Shown here piece after piece: positions 23,672-34,172 of a stretch of DNA of 36,797 bases; within the stretch, counting starts at the first letter, position 1; each line of letters begins with the position of its first letter. The notes under the pieces were generated by a model. The model saw nothing but the letters and a program-made list of their open reading frames with translations. It was not told the origin of the DNA and made no database searches. Where the stretch lies: the NCBI RefSeq assembly GCF_001194135.2, contig NC_069001.1:36488340-36525136 (forward strand). The letters run 5' to 3'. Origin of the DNA: Octopus bimaculoides. Lineage: Eukaryota. The position numbers and the translations under genes were made by a program.

Positions 23672-23790
23672 GTTGAAATGCTTTAACTGATGACGGTTTA
23701 CGTAACACATGCATTTCCTACTATATATTATGAAAATACAAAAGGTACATGTTAAATGATTTCAAGATATCACTATTTGGCTTGACTTCA
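23672..23790 (+). mobile_element. Hammerhead-derived short repeat, homologous to 28411-28525 (minus)
   Basis: ctgatgacggtttacgtaa..atgcatttcct..ttaaatgatttc..atatcact.tttgg.ttgactt shared; GAAAC box decayed in this copy. Confidence 0.65.
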
Positions 23791-23803
23791 TTATTACAGC
23801 TTT

Positions 23804-23843
<40 letters not shown>

Positions 23844-23902
23844 GTTGAGATGATTTGGTAGCATAACATCTAATAATGTAATGGCATGTCTTTTCTACTC
23901 CT

Positions 23903-23977
23903 CTGATGAGATTTTGCCCAATATAATGTTTTTAATTACTGGAATTTAATTCTTTGGGGAAAATGGAAACGGCTGTA
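23903..23977 (+). ncRNA. Hammerhead-like core with long stem II
   Basis: CTGATGA G ATTTTGCCCAA..TTGGGGAAAAT G GAA ACGGCTGT A. Stem II 10/11 bp, near-palindromic stem III, stem I not evident. Confidence 0.5.
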
Positions 23978-25829
23978 AAAGAATATGTTGAATTTTTGCA
24001 TTTAATGAATTATATTAATGCTACATTTTCATTTTCTGAATTTTAATTTATATGTATATATATATATATATATACATACATACATACATATAGCAGGATT
24101 CTCTTTTCCATATGTTTGTCAGTAGATTCATTCACATCTACTCATAAAGCTTTTGGTCTATAGAAGAAAGCACTTGCCCCAAGAGACACCATACACACAT
24201 GCACACACAATGGAACTGAACTCATAACTACATGGCTGTGACACAAACTTGTTGACCATGCAGCCTATATAAGAATTAACGAATATATAGACAAAAACTC
24301 CACAATGCTAATGTGGTGAGAACATCCCCACAACTACCAGTCAGAACTTGTGTTTTATTAAACATTAAATAATATACATCGACTCTATTTCATAGCTATT
24401 TTGTCCACTTTCCCTCTTTCTGTCTGTTCTTTCCTCCGTCTCTCTTTCCACCCATCCCACCTCTTATGTGCCATTTATGTATGGAAAATATAACAAATGT
24501 CGTAACTCTTGTTCTGGGTATTTAGCTACACTTATGCTTAATTAGTTGTGAAACTCAAAAGAAAAGTCTTCTAACCAACTCTCTTCACAACGCCATTATG
24601 TTTCCTTATTCGTTGTATTATTTCCGCATTTTAATTGAACATAATGATTTGATTGATTGATTTTTTTTCTTTCTTTTCTTCTGGTGGTGCAAGGAGAGAA
24701 GAGTTCTGTTTTTCCTTTTATCTTTCTCTTTTTTTTTCTTTTCTCCTATTCTCTGTCAAACTAACTTCTTCATAGACTATATATGATGATATTTCGTTCA
24801 GTTCGTTACCAAGGCATTTAGTTTTCTGTCCAAGTAATTATTATATTCAAATGCGATCTTGCCACACAGCTATAAGTGTCCGCAGAATATAAGTCATACA
24901 AATTACTGGTGAAATTTACCAGACATTATTCCTGCAGACTTACCGCCAACTTCTCTCTCTTTTCTCCACCAACTTTTCTGTCTTTTCTTCTCTCCCAGTT
25001 TCTCTTGGCTTTCCTTTTTTTTTTTTTTTTTCCTTTTTTTAACCACCCCCTTCTCTCTCTCGTTCTCTTTAAGCCCCAATTCTTTCTTCTATCTAAGACA
25101 ATGACTTACTACAAGCAAGTTGCTTTAAAACAACGTTGACAAAGAAAAAAACGACAAAGCACGAGAGAAGGAGGCATAATCGATGAAGACAATTGCTTAT
25201 TGATAGAAACTGATAGATATCTTATGCATAATTTAAAGACCAGTGTCTGTTTTCCGAACATGGATATCAGCAAGGAAAATCTGCTTCTTGGTAAATTTAA
25301 AATTGGCATTAAAAATGGTATGTCGAACAAGTTCCTGAAGATAAAAAATATAAGTACATAGTCATTCAATAAAAATTGTATCGAATATATGTGTGTATTT
25401 ATGTTTGTGCATGTATGTACATATATATATATATATATATATATTTTTTATTTAAAATGGCAAGGAAAATGTTTCCATTGAAGTTAAAATCTGATCAAAT
25501 TTTAACTTGAATGGAGTCTTTTCTTGTGATTCAAGATTTCAAGATCTCTGGGTTTTGGTGAGTTTTCTTTTAGATCTTATTTTGAAAAATATTTGTCACG
25601 AATTCACGGAACGACAAAGTAGTTTTCAAGAACTTTTTAATTTCCTTCTCCAGTTACTGAACCATGTTCTGTTTCATGTTTAAAATCAGATGACCATGTC
25701 TCTTCTAAGACATTTACAGTTCACAGTCCACAAGACAAGGAAGGCTCTACATGGTGGCTCAGTTTGCTAGAAATAGAAGTCAAATCTTTTCCAAATAACA
25801 CTATCATTTTTTTTTTCTTTACTATCCCT

Positions 25830-26200
25830 TTTTACTTTTTTCTGTCATTGGACTGCAGCCATGCTGGAGCACTGCATCGAAGGGTTTTAGTCAAACAAAT
25901 TGCTCCTAGTGCTTATTGTTTTTCTTAAATCTAGTCCTTATTCTGTCAGTTGCGTTTGCTGAACTACCAAGTTATAGGAGCAAAAACAAACCAACTGTGT
26001 GGAATGACAAACACATGCACATATTCATTACCTACATATGTGTGTGTATGATAGGCTTCCACACAGTTTCCATCAACCAATTTCACTCTCAAGGCTTTAG
26101 CTGGCCTGGGACTATAGTAGAAAAAAACTTGCCCAAGGTGCCACACTGTGGGACCGAACTCAAGATCATGTGTTTGGGAAGCAAATTTCTCACCACACAG
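25830..26200 (-). mobile_element. SINE family 2, full length, antisense
   Basis: Tail rc ttggactgcagccatgctggagcac near 25850; head rc gcccaaggtgccacactgtgggaccgaac..accacacag near 26140-26200. Confidence 0.75.
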
Positions 26201-26699
26201 AAGGGACCACTATGGAAAGAAAAGGGATGTAAGTGACAGAAGTGGCTAAAGAATACTGGAGGGGAAGGGATCTGGGACTGAGATAAGGGACAGTGGTAAA
26301 AATATAAATATACTGAAATCAGAGCAGAGCAGGGGCTACTAGTTTAATTAAACCCCCACCCAAAGAAAAATAAAGCAGGGATCAGAGCAAGATTGAAATA
26401 ACAAAGGGTATAAACATTTAGAAAGATATTTGTCATCTCATGAAGTTGTCCCTTTAAAAACAAAAAAAAAAGAATTAATTAAAAATATTTTTTTAAATAG
26501 AAGGAAATGGGATTATCTCTGCGAAGATTGCTAACGAGAAAGATTATGATTTTTTTCCCCTTTAAAATTGATGAAATATCTGTGAAGAAATAACGATAAT
26601 GTATTCGTTATTTTGAAGCATTTTAATATTTATTTGTCTATTGCAAACGAGTTAAAGAAAGTCAGAAAAGACAGCTTCTATATTCAAAAAGACGTATAT

Positions 26700-26702
26700 A
26701 GA

Positions 26703-26733
<31 letters not shown>

Positions 26734-26778
26734 ATATATATATATGTGTGTATATATATGTGTGTGTGTGTGTATATA

Positions 26779-26810
<32 letters not shown>

Positions 26811-27215
26811 CATACACATATACATATATATATATGTATATATACATTATATATATATATATACACATATATATATATATACACACACTTATTTATATAT
26901 ATATATATATATATACATATATATATACACACATATATATTTATATACACACACACACACATATATATATACACATATATATTTATATATACACACACAC
27001 ACATATATATACACATATATATATATACACACACACATGTATTTATATATATACATATATATATTTATACATACACACACGCACATATATATACACACAT
27101 GCACACATATGTTATATGTGTGTGTATACTTATATACATATATACTTACATACATACACACATGTATACACATATAAATTACAAACATACATGCACACAC
27201 ATATATAAAAATCAT
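26700..27215. repeat. Complex (TG)n/(TA)n/(CA)n microsatellite field
   Basis: Direct reading; source of the YI/HT-rich pseudo-ORFs. Confidence 0.95.
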
Positions 27216-27889
27216 ATGAAACTTAATAAGTATTCGCTTCTTCAAAGTTTAAATATTTACATAAGTACCGCCAGCAATATATGAAAGATGTATTTCATAT
27301 GATGTTGATGTTCTTGTTGTTGCTGTTCATTTTATATTTTTTCTTTTCATTTTTATTCCCCTCTTCTTCTTCTTCTTCTTCTTCTTCTTCTCTCCAGCAG
27401 CAAATAATAATTATTACTGCGTGTTTTCTTTTATACTATCAGCTGCAGCTATATAAATAAGTTTATTTAGTTTCGGATTAGTTTTTGTGTGTGTTTGTAT
27501 GTGGTGTTGTTGTTTATCTCAGTAGTAGTCCGAGGAAGACTTAGACCAGAGATTTTTATCTCTGTAATTTGACGAAAGTTAAGTTTGTATCTCGACATGA
27601 TGTCTTGTTCAAAAGCCTGCCAATGTACGGACGTGTCTTGTTTTTTAATCTGTCAAACTTTTCAATAACAAAATGTGATGCTTATTTTATTTATCTTTAT
27701 TTTGTGTGTGTATGTGTGGAGTTTTTGTTGTTGATTTTTTTTTTTTTACCAATTTACACTTGTGCACATGAACATGCACATGCACCTTGCTCCCCCACTC
27801 CTTGTATGCATGTATGCATGTCTACACAAACACACAGAATTAAGGTTATGTTTGGTTATAGTTTTAATTTGATTTCGTACATGCAACAT

Positions 27890-28130
27890 GGAGGCAGCGA
27901 GCTGGCAGAAACGTTAGCACGCCGGGCAAAATGACTAGCACTGTTTTGTCTGCCGTTATGTTCTGGGTTCAAATTCCACCGAGGTCGACTTTGCCTTTCA
28001 TCCTTTTGGGGGGCGATAAATTAAGTACCAGTTATGCACTGGGGTCGATGTAATCGACTTAATCCGTTTGTCTGTCCTTGTTTGTCCCCTCTATGTTTAG
28101 CCCCTTGTGGGCAATAAAGAAATAAGAAAC
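27890..28130 (+). mobile_element. SINE family 1, well-preserved copy with a different 3' tail
   Basis: ggcagcgagctggcagaaacgttagcacgccggg..gggttcaaattccaccgaggtcgactttgcc; CpGs retained; tail aatccgtttgtctgtcc..aaagaaataagaaac rather than (ATT)n. Confidence 0.9.
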
Positions 28131-28441
28131 ATGAAGACTTTGGCAGGTTTTGCATTGAGGAAACGCAACCAGTGGTATATATGGGTAACATGGAATGGAT
28201 AAAATAAGGAATTGAAGCTGGGGTGTCATCTCTACTTCCATCACCATCAGTGTTTTAATGTCCTATTTTGCAGCCCTTCATGGAAGTAGATTCGCTTCAA
28301 CCAGATCCTTTCCCTATTGCTAACCGCTGTGTGTGTATGAGTATATATATATATATATATGTGTGTGTATGTGTGTACATATGTATGTGTGTATATATGT
28401 CGTAAAAATAAAGTCAAACCAAAGAGTGATATTCTGAAATC

Positions 28442-28516
28442 ATTTAATACATGTTTCAAGTTTGCATGATATATTAGAGGAAATGCATCCATTACGTAAA
28501 CCGTCCTCAGGTAAAA
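28442..28516 (-). ncRNA. Hammerhead-like motif, long stem II
   Basis: TTTTAC CTGAGGA C GGTTT..AAACT T GAA ACATGT A TTAAAT. Palindromic stem III, GTA triplet, stem I 4/6. Confidence 0.55.
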
Positions 28517-28830
28517 CATCACAAGCTATCTCACCTAGACTCTACTTGTGCAGATTGCTCTAGTAACAATTTGGAGGAGTTTGTTATATTTGACTCAAGT
28601 TCAAAATTCTGGTATTGTGTACTGCTTCTAAGCATAACACAATTTGCCTGTGTACACTTACTCACACACAATGGATTTCCATAGAGCTTTTTATCTACCA
28701 ATTCCTCCTACAGTACATTGTTATACCCAAGGTGCCATGTGGTAGGACAGACCCCCCCCCCCCTTCCAAAAAAACCCATATATAAAGTAGGTTGTGTTCA
28801 AATCCAAGCTGTGTTTATTTGATTCTCTGT

Positions 28831-28915
28831 CTGAAGAATTTCTAACAGGAGATATCTTACATGTTTTCTACCACATATACAATTCTGTAACTCCTATTAG
28901 CAAATGAAACATGTT
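28831..28915 (+). ncRNA. Hammerhead-like core with long stem II
   Basis: CTGAAGA ATTTCTAACAGGAG..CTCCTATTAGCAAAT GAA ACATGT T. 13 bp of stem II with one bulge and one mismatch; stem I not evident. Confidence 0.5.
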
Positions 28916-28988
28916 TAATGGTGAATAAATAATGCCAAACAATTTCCAATCTCCTGTTTTGATATTGATATATATATATATATATATG

Positions 28989-29115
28989 AGTGGTTGGCAT
29001 TAGGAAGGGCATCTAGCTGTAGAAACGATGCCAAATCAGACTGGAGCCTGGTACAGCCCCTCAGCTTACCAACCCATGCCAGCATGGACAACAGACATTA
29101 TATGATGATGATGAT
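28989..29115 (+). mobile_element. Repeat family 3 fragment
   Basis: gtggttggcattaggaagggcatctagctgtagaaac..aacccatgccagcatggacaacagacatta, (GAT)n tail. Confidence 0.8.
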
Positions 29116-29899
29116 ACACACACACAGATGTATACACGCATATATATAGATTCAAAAATCTTAATTCTGTATATAAGAAATCAATGCTATTTATTTATAA
29201 AAAAATTTTTGTTGTTTCCGTTTTTTTTTTTTTTTTTTCATTTATTTTTGAAGTTTATAAAGAAATAAAAAGAAAATTAAAGTTACAACAACAACAATAC
29301 AAAATGTGAATATGATATTCTCTGATATCCGCACTAACAATGAAATAATGGTGAGCGTGTTTATAAATGAGAGCATATAATTATTTGTTTCCTCAAAGAC
29401 CATTCTAGAACAATATTCCAAATCAATATTAATCGAAATATCAGGAATTCTAAGCAATGGTTTTGCTACTTGCTATATATATAGCTTCTTTTAGTTTTTT
29501 TTTATATTTGTTTCAGTCNNNNNNNNNNNNNNNNNNNNNNNNNNNNNNNNNNNNNNNNNNNNNNNNNNNNNNNNNNNNNNNNNNNNNNNNNNNNNNNNNN
29601 NNNNNNNNNNNNNNNNNNNNNNNNNNNNNNNNNNNNNNNNNNNNNNNNNNNNNNNNNNNNNNNNNNNNNNNNNNNNNNNNNNNNNNNNNNNNNNNNNNNN
29701 NNNNNNNNNNNNNNNNNNNNNNNNNNNNNNNNNNNNNNNNNNNNNNNNNNNNNNNNNNNNNNNNNNNNNNNNNNNNNNNNNNNNNNNNNNNNNNNNNNNN
29801 NNNNNNNNNNNNNNNNNNNNNNNNATATATATGCATATGTGTAAACAACATGAAGTGTGATATATAATATATATATACACACATATGCACACACATGAT

Positions 29900-30015
29900 G
29901 GGCTTCTTTCAGTTTCCGTTTACTAAATCTACTCACAAGGCTTTGGTTGGCCCAAGGCTAGAGTAGAAGACACTTGCCCAAGGTGTCATACAGTGGGACT
30001 GAACCTAGGACCATG
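29900..30015 (-). mobile_element. SINE family 2 fragment, antisense
   Basis: ggcttctttcagtttccg..cacttgcccaaggtgtcatacagtgggactgaacc. Confidence 0.8.
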
Positions 30016-30035
30016 CCCACACCTATAAAAATGCT

Positions 30036-30089
30036 TTCCCATGCCAGGAATTGAACCCTGGCCACTTTGGTGAAAAGCCAACACTCCTA
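30036..30089 (-). pseudogene. Decayed 3' portion of tRNA-Glu(TTC) or a tRNA-Glu-derived SINE head
   Basis: Reverse complement ggcttttcaccaaagtggccagggttcaattcctggcatgggaa resembles the eukaryotic tRNA-Glu anticodon arm (ttTTCac), T-arm/B box and acceptor end; 5' half not recognisable. Confidence 0.5.
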
Positions 30090-30179
30090 TGAATTTCAGT
30101 CTACTTTTTCTCCATTTGACATTTTACTGTAACTAACCAATTTGTGATTTCCATCTGTGAGTCTTTCACAATATTTGCT

Positions 30180-30418
30180 TTAAACCTTTTCCTGTCCAAA
30201 GCATTTTCATAAATTCATCCCAAACGTCCATGCTTGTTTGCAGACTCTTATTTATCCTTTGCTTCATTCGTTCTAAGTAATATTAAGCTTTCCTTTTTTT
30301 TTTATAAATCCCAAGTTACTTTGGCAGTTGACAAAAATAGGGAATGTACATCATATATAATGCATGAATGCCAGAAAAAATATGTCCTGTGAGTCACAAA
30401 TATAATACTCAGGGTTAA
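30180..30418 (+). mobile_element. piggyBac-like MITE family B, copy 1
   Basis: ttaaaccttttcctgtccaaagc ... ctcagggttaa; interior homologous to 30933-31176. Confidence 0.6.
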
Positions 30419-30664
30419 TAAAATAATTTTCTCGTTATTTATTTGGTATTTGGAACATAAATTTAACATGAAATTTTGATGGTGGTTTTTAATTTAGTTC
30501 ACTTTTAAAACAGGTAGTTTATATCATGGGTCCAGGAGTGTTTTCAGGGTTTAGGAACTTGTAAGTCAGCAGGCTGGGAACCAGAGGTTTGGTCCAAATG
30601 TTTGTCATTCTATAAAAAGCAAAGAAGGATCCACTTAACAATCTCTTATTTAACCCTTTGCTTT

Positions 30665-30890
30665 TCATCATCATCATCATCTTCGTTTAACATCCGCTTT
30701 CCATGCTAGCATGGGTAGGACGATTTGACTGAGGACTGGCGAACCAGATGGCTATACCAGGGTCCAATCTGATTTGGCAAAGTTTCTACAGCTAGATGCC
30801 CTTTCTAATGCCAACCACTCCGAGAGTGTAGTGGGTGCTTTTACGTGCCACCGGCACGAAGGCCAGTCAGGCGGTACTGGCAACGGCCAC
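30665..30890 (-). mobile_element. Repeat family 3, well-preserved antisense copy
   Basis: CpG-rich; tcatcatcttcgtttaacatccgctttccatgctagcatggg..acgtgccaccggcacgaaggccagtcaggcggtactggcaacggccac. Confidence 0.85.
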
Positions 30891-30932
30891 ATTCGCTTTT
30901 ATTTCAATTACTTTTGAAAATAATGAAGAAGA

Positions 30933-31176
30933 AGCCTTTCCTTGTCCAAAGCATCTTCATAAGTTTATCCTAAATGTCAGTTTGTTTTCAAATTTTTAGT
31001 TAGCGCTTCTTTCTTTAGTATGCTCGGAGTAATACAAAATTTTCCTTTCGTAACTCTGAAATTACTCTGGTTGTAGAAAAAAAAGAAATAGAAATGTCTA
31101 TTTTACATGATATATAGATGCCAGGAAAACATGTCTTGTGTATTCCATATGATACACAGGGCAGGCAAGGAGTTAA
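30933..31176 (+). mobile_element. piggyBac-like MITE family B, copy 2
   Basis: cctttccttgtccaaagcatc ... gggcaggcaaggagttaa; shares atgccag.aaaa.atgtc.tgtg with copy 1. Confidence 0.6.
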
Positions 31177-31708
31177 ATTGAAAAAAAATATATACACTGC
31201 TAAATTTTAAAGCAAATGAAAACTTAAGGAGAAAATTTTCTATAAAAAAATTCTAGAAAAAATATTTAAAAAATAAAAAAATTTAAAAAAAAGCAAAATA
31301 CTTGGCAGGAACTAATTAATTACATGGGGTATTTATTAGATTTATTTATTCAATGTTGAATATTTTATTCTTTTAATAATCTCCAGTTTTTTAATATTTC
31401 TAATAGCTTCTTTTTTTTTTCCCTTAATCTGTAGATGAGATTTTAAAGAACCGAGATATCTTTATAGAAAAGAAAATAAGCAATTCCACTAATAATAATA
31501 ATAATAATAATTACTAATTTTGTTTTTTTCCTGAATGTAATCATTATAGTAGATAAGTTTTGACTATAATCACTAATGATCACTAAATATTAAAAAGTTT
31601 AATTAATATTATAGGAAAAAACTTGAAATGAATGAAAGGAATTAACTGCCAAATTCTTTGTATCAAATAAAGAACTGGTTTACCTTTGATTGTTGGGAGA
31701 GAACATCA

Positions 31709-31919
31709 TTAACCCTTTAGCATTTAAACTGGTCATATCTGGTCCAAATATTCTATTTGTTTTATGTTCTAACTGGCCAGCTCTTGCCTCTCACACCTAC
31801 CTTACAATGTCATTCTAAAAATATACACTCATTGAAAGCTGCAAGATAATACAGGATTAATTCAAATCAAGGTGAATAAATAAGGATTAAATTTTACTTG
31901 ACAGAGTAATCTGAATGCT
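31709..31919 (+). mobile_element. piggyBac-like MITE family C
   Basis: Left end TTAAccctttagcatt; right end aatgct (partial inverted repeat); second copy at 1545-1693. Confidence 0.7.
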
Positions 31920-32089
31920 TCTTTGTTTTGTCATTTGACCAAAACTTAGAATTTTATTTGGACAACTCATAGCTCTGGCATTATTGGTTCTTTTTGTAGC
32001 ATTAGTCATTGTGCCATGGCCATGCTGGGGCCTCTAAGAATTTTCTCCAGCATGCTAATGATTCTGCTAGTTTGCTACCTTGAACGAAT

Positions 32090-32327
32090 TCCAGTTTCAA
32101 ACTTTGGCACAAGGCCAACAAGTTCAGCAGAGGCAGTTAGTAGATTACACCGAAGCCAGTGCTTAACTGGTATTTGTTTTATCGACCCCAATAGTCAACT
32201 GGTACTTGATTTATCAACCCTGAAAGAATAAGGCAAAGTTAAACTTGGTGGAATTTGAACTCAAGGCATGAAGATGGACAAAACGCTACTAAGCATTTTG
32301 ACGATGCGCTTTGTCAGCTCACCCCCT
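32090..32327 (-). mobile_element. SINE family 1, antisense, degraded
   Basis: ggtacttgatttatcaaccctgaaagaataaggcaaagt..gaatttgaactca..aagcatttt..gtcagctcacc. Confidence 0.7.
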
Positions 32328-33297
32328 TGACCAGAACAAGTATTGCCACAGCATTTTGAGTCCAGTGCTCTACCGGTTCTGCTGAATCACTGCTTAGTTG
32401 GTTATCATATAAATATAAACTTGCTTGAGAAACTCCAGGTCAGCTAACAATGTTGCAATAAGAGAAGCCATTGTGATTGTTGAGGAAAAGAGAGATAAAA
32501 CTCATATCTTGAGAACCAGGAATGGCTGTAGAAAGAAAACAGAGCAGTTTCAGGGTTAGGTGAGGGTTTCAAGTTGAGCTTGGCTAAAATCTTTGTTTTA
32601 AAATAATCAGAAAGGCTTCGGTATTAAAAGAAGCACAATAGAATGTGTATTATATTGGTCTTGGATTACTTAACATTTCCTTATTTGAACTCTTTAAGTG
32701 CAGGCTGAGATGGAAGTACTTAAAGATTATAAAGGTTTCCTTTAGGCAAGTTTTGGGTAAGAAATAATGAAAAAAAGGGAGAGAGAGAGAGAGAGGGAAA
32801 AGAAGGAGCTAGGTAAATAAATATATGTTTACAAGAATATACATGTATATATATGTATATATATATATATGTATATGTATATATTTCATCCAAGCAAATT
32901 AACCGTTCCTAATACAGAGGAACTGAGGAATGGTACAGTGTGGAACAATGATGGATAAAGGTTTATCTATGCTTGGGGCAGTGGCGACCATTTTTATGGT
33001 GGGGTTTTTGTCTCCTGAAATAGGATTCTATAGCTTGAAGTCCTTAAAGTGCATGTGTTGAGTGGTGGTGGGAGGGGTGTAAGATAGCGAAACCAAAACA
33101 ATATCCCAAGCAACTTAAGAATTTCTCCGTTTTTGCTTGTTTGTTTGTTGTTTTTTACTGTTTTTTTTTTTTTTTTTTTTTTTTTTNNNNNNNNNNNNNN
33201 NNNNNNNNNNNNNNNNNNNNNNNNNNNNNNNNNNNNNNNNNNNNNNNNNNNNNNNNNNNNNNNNCCCCCCCCCTCGATAGCTGGAAAGAAAGACAGA

Positions 33298-33302
33298 AAG
33301 AG

Positions 33303-33348
<46 letters not shown>

Positions 33349-33462
33349 ATGATAAAGAGAAAGAAAGTCTGATAGATGGATAGATAGACTGATAGGTAAA
33401 TACATACATACATACATACATACATACATAGATGGAAAGAAAGATAGATAGATAGATGAATA
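33298..33462. repeat. (GATA)n/(CATA)n microsatellite
   Basis: Direct reading. Confidence 0.95.
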
Positions 33463-33815
33463 GGTAGTTTCTTTGACAGCTGGTTAGTATATCTTCTTTC
33501 ACCAACGGTTCTATCTTCTTCTTCTAAATCATATTTGTCAAATGTTTCTCACTTTTATTTTCATTTCTTTCCATCCCTGTTTTGAATTTTTCAAATTATA
33601 AGTTAATAACTGCAAAGATTTTTCAATGTAAATTAATACTGGACATTATAAACATCAATTTGAGACAGAAAAGAGAAACGGGACCCATCCAATATCTACT
33701 TAATTGGTGCTTGTAATGTTTAAGTATCTTTTTACATACAAAATATTTCAAAAATGTTTATTCTTTCAATAAATTTCTAACACATTAACAATGTTTTGTT
33801 TTTTTTATATTGTAA

Positions 33816-34172
33816 TGTAGTATAGAATAAATCTATAGATTTTAGCCAACATTTCACATGTGGCTTTAAACATCCTTACTCTAGGGTCTCTTTGGCAGCT
33901 GAGTATCCTACTTAAGTTTTATTTTTGGTGTGGGGATAAAGTAGGATAAAATAAATCTATAGATTTTAACCCACATGGCACATGTAAATTAAACATCCTT
34001 ACTCTGGGAATTTCATTGGCAACTGAGTACCCTGCTCAGGTGGGGGTTTTTTTTGGGGGGGGGGGCATAAAGTAAGATAGAATAAATCTATACATTTTAG
34101 ATAACATTGCCCTGGTGAATTAAACATCCTTACACTGGGATACCATTGGCAATCAAGTTTCCTGCTTAATGT
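33816..34172. repeat. Three-unit tandem repeat, period about 124-131 bp
   Basis: aataaatctata at 33826, 33950 and 34081; ttaaacatccttac.ct.gg..ttggca in each unit. Confidence 0.8.

Noticed and set aside
25109-25369. 86-aa minus-strand ORF and an overlapping plus-strand open frame
   Set aside because: No recognisable similarity; length compatible with chance.
29242-29457. 71-aa minus-strand ORF
   Set aside because: Compositionally biased, with no domain I can recognise.
30729-30750. CTGAGGA-CTGG-CGAA-CCAG hairpin
   Set aside because: Internal part of repeat family 3; no GAAA after the stem.
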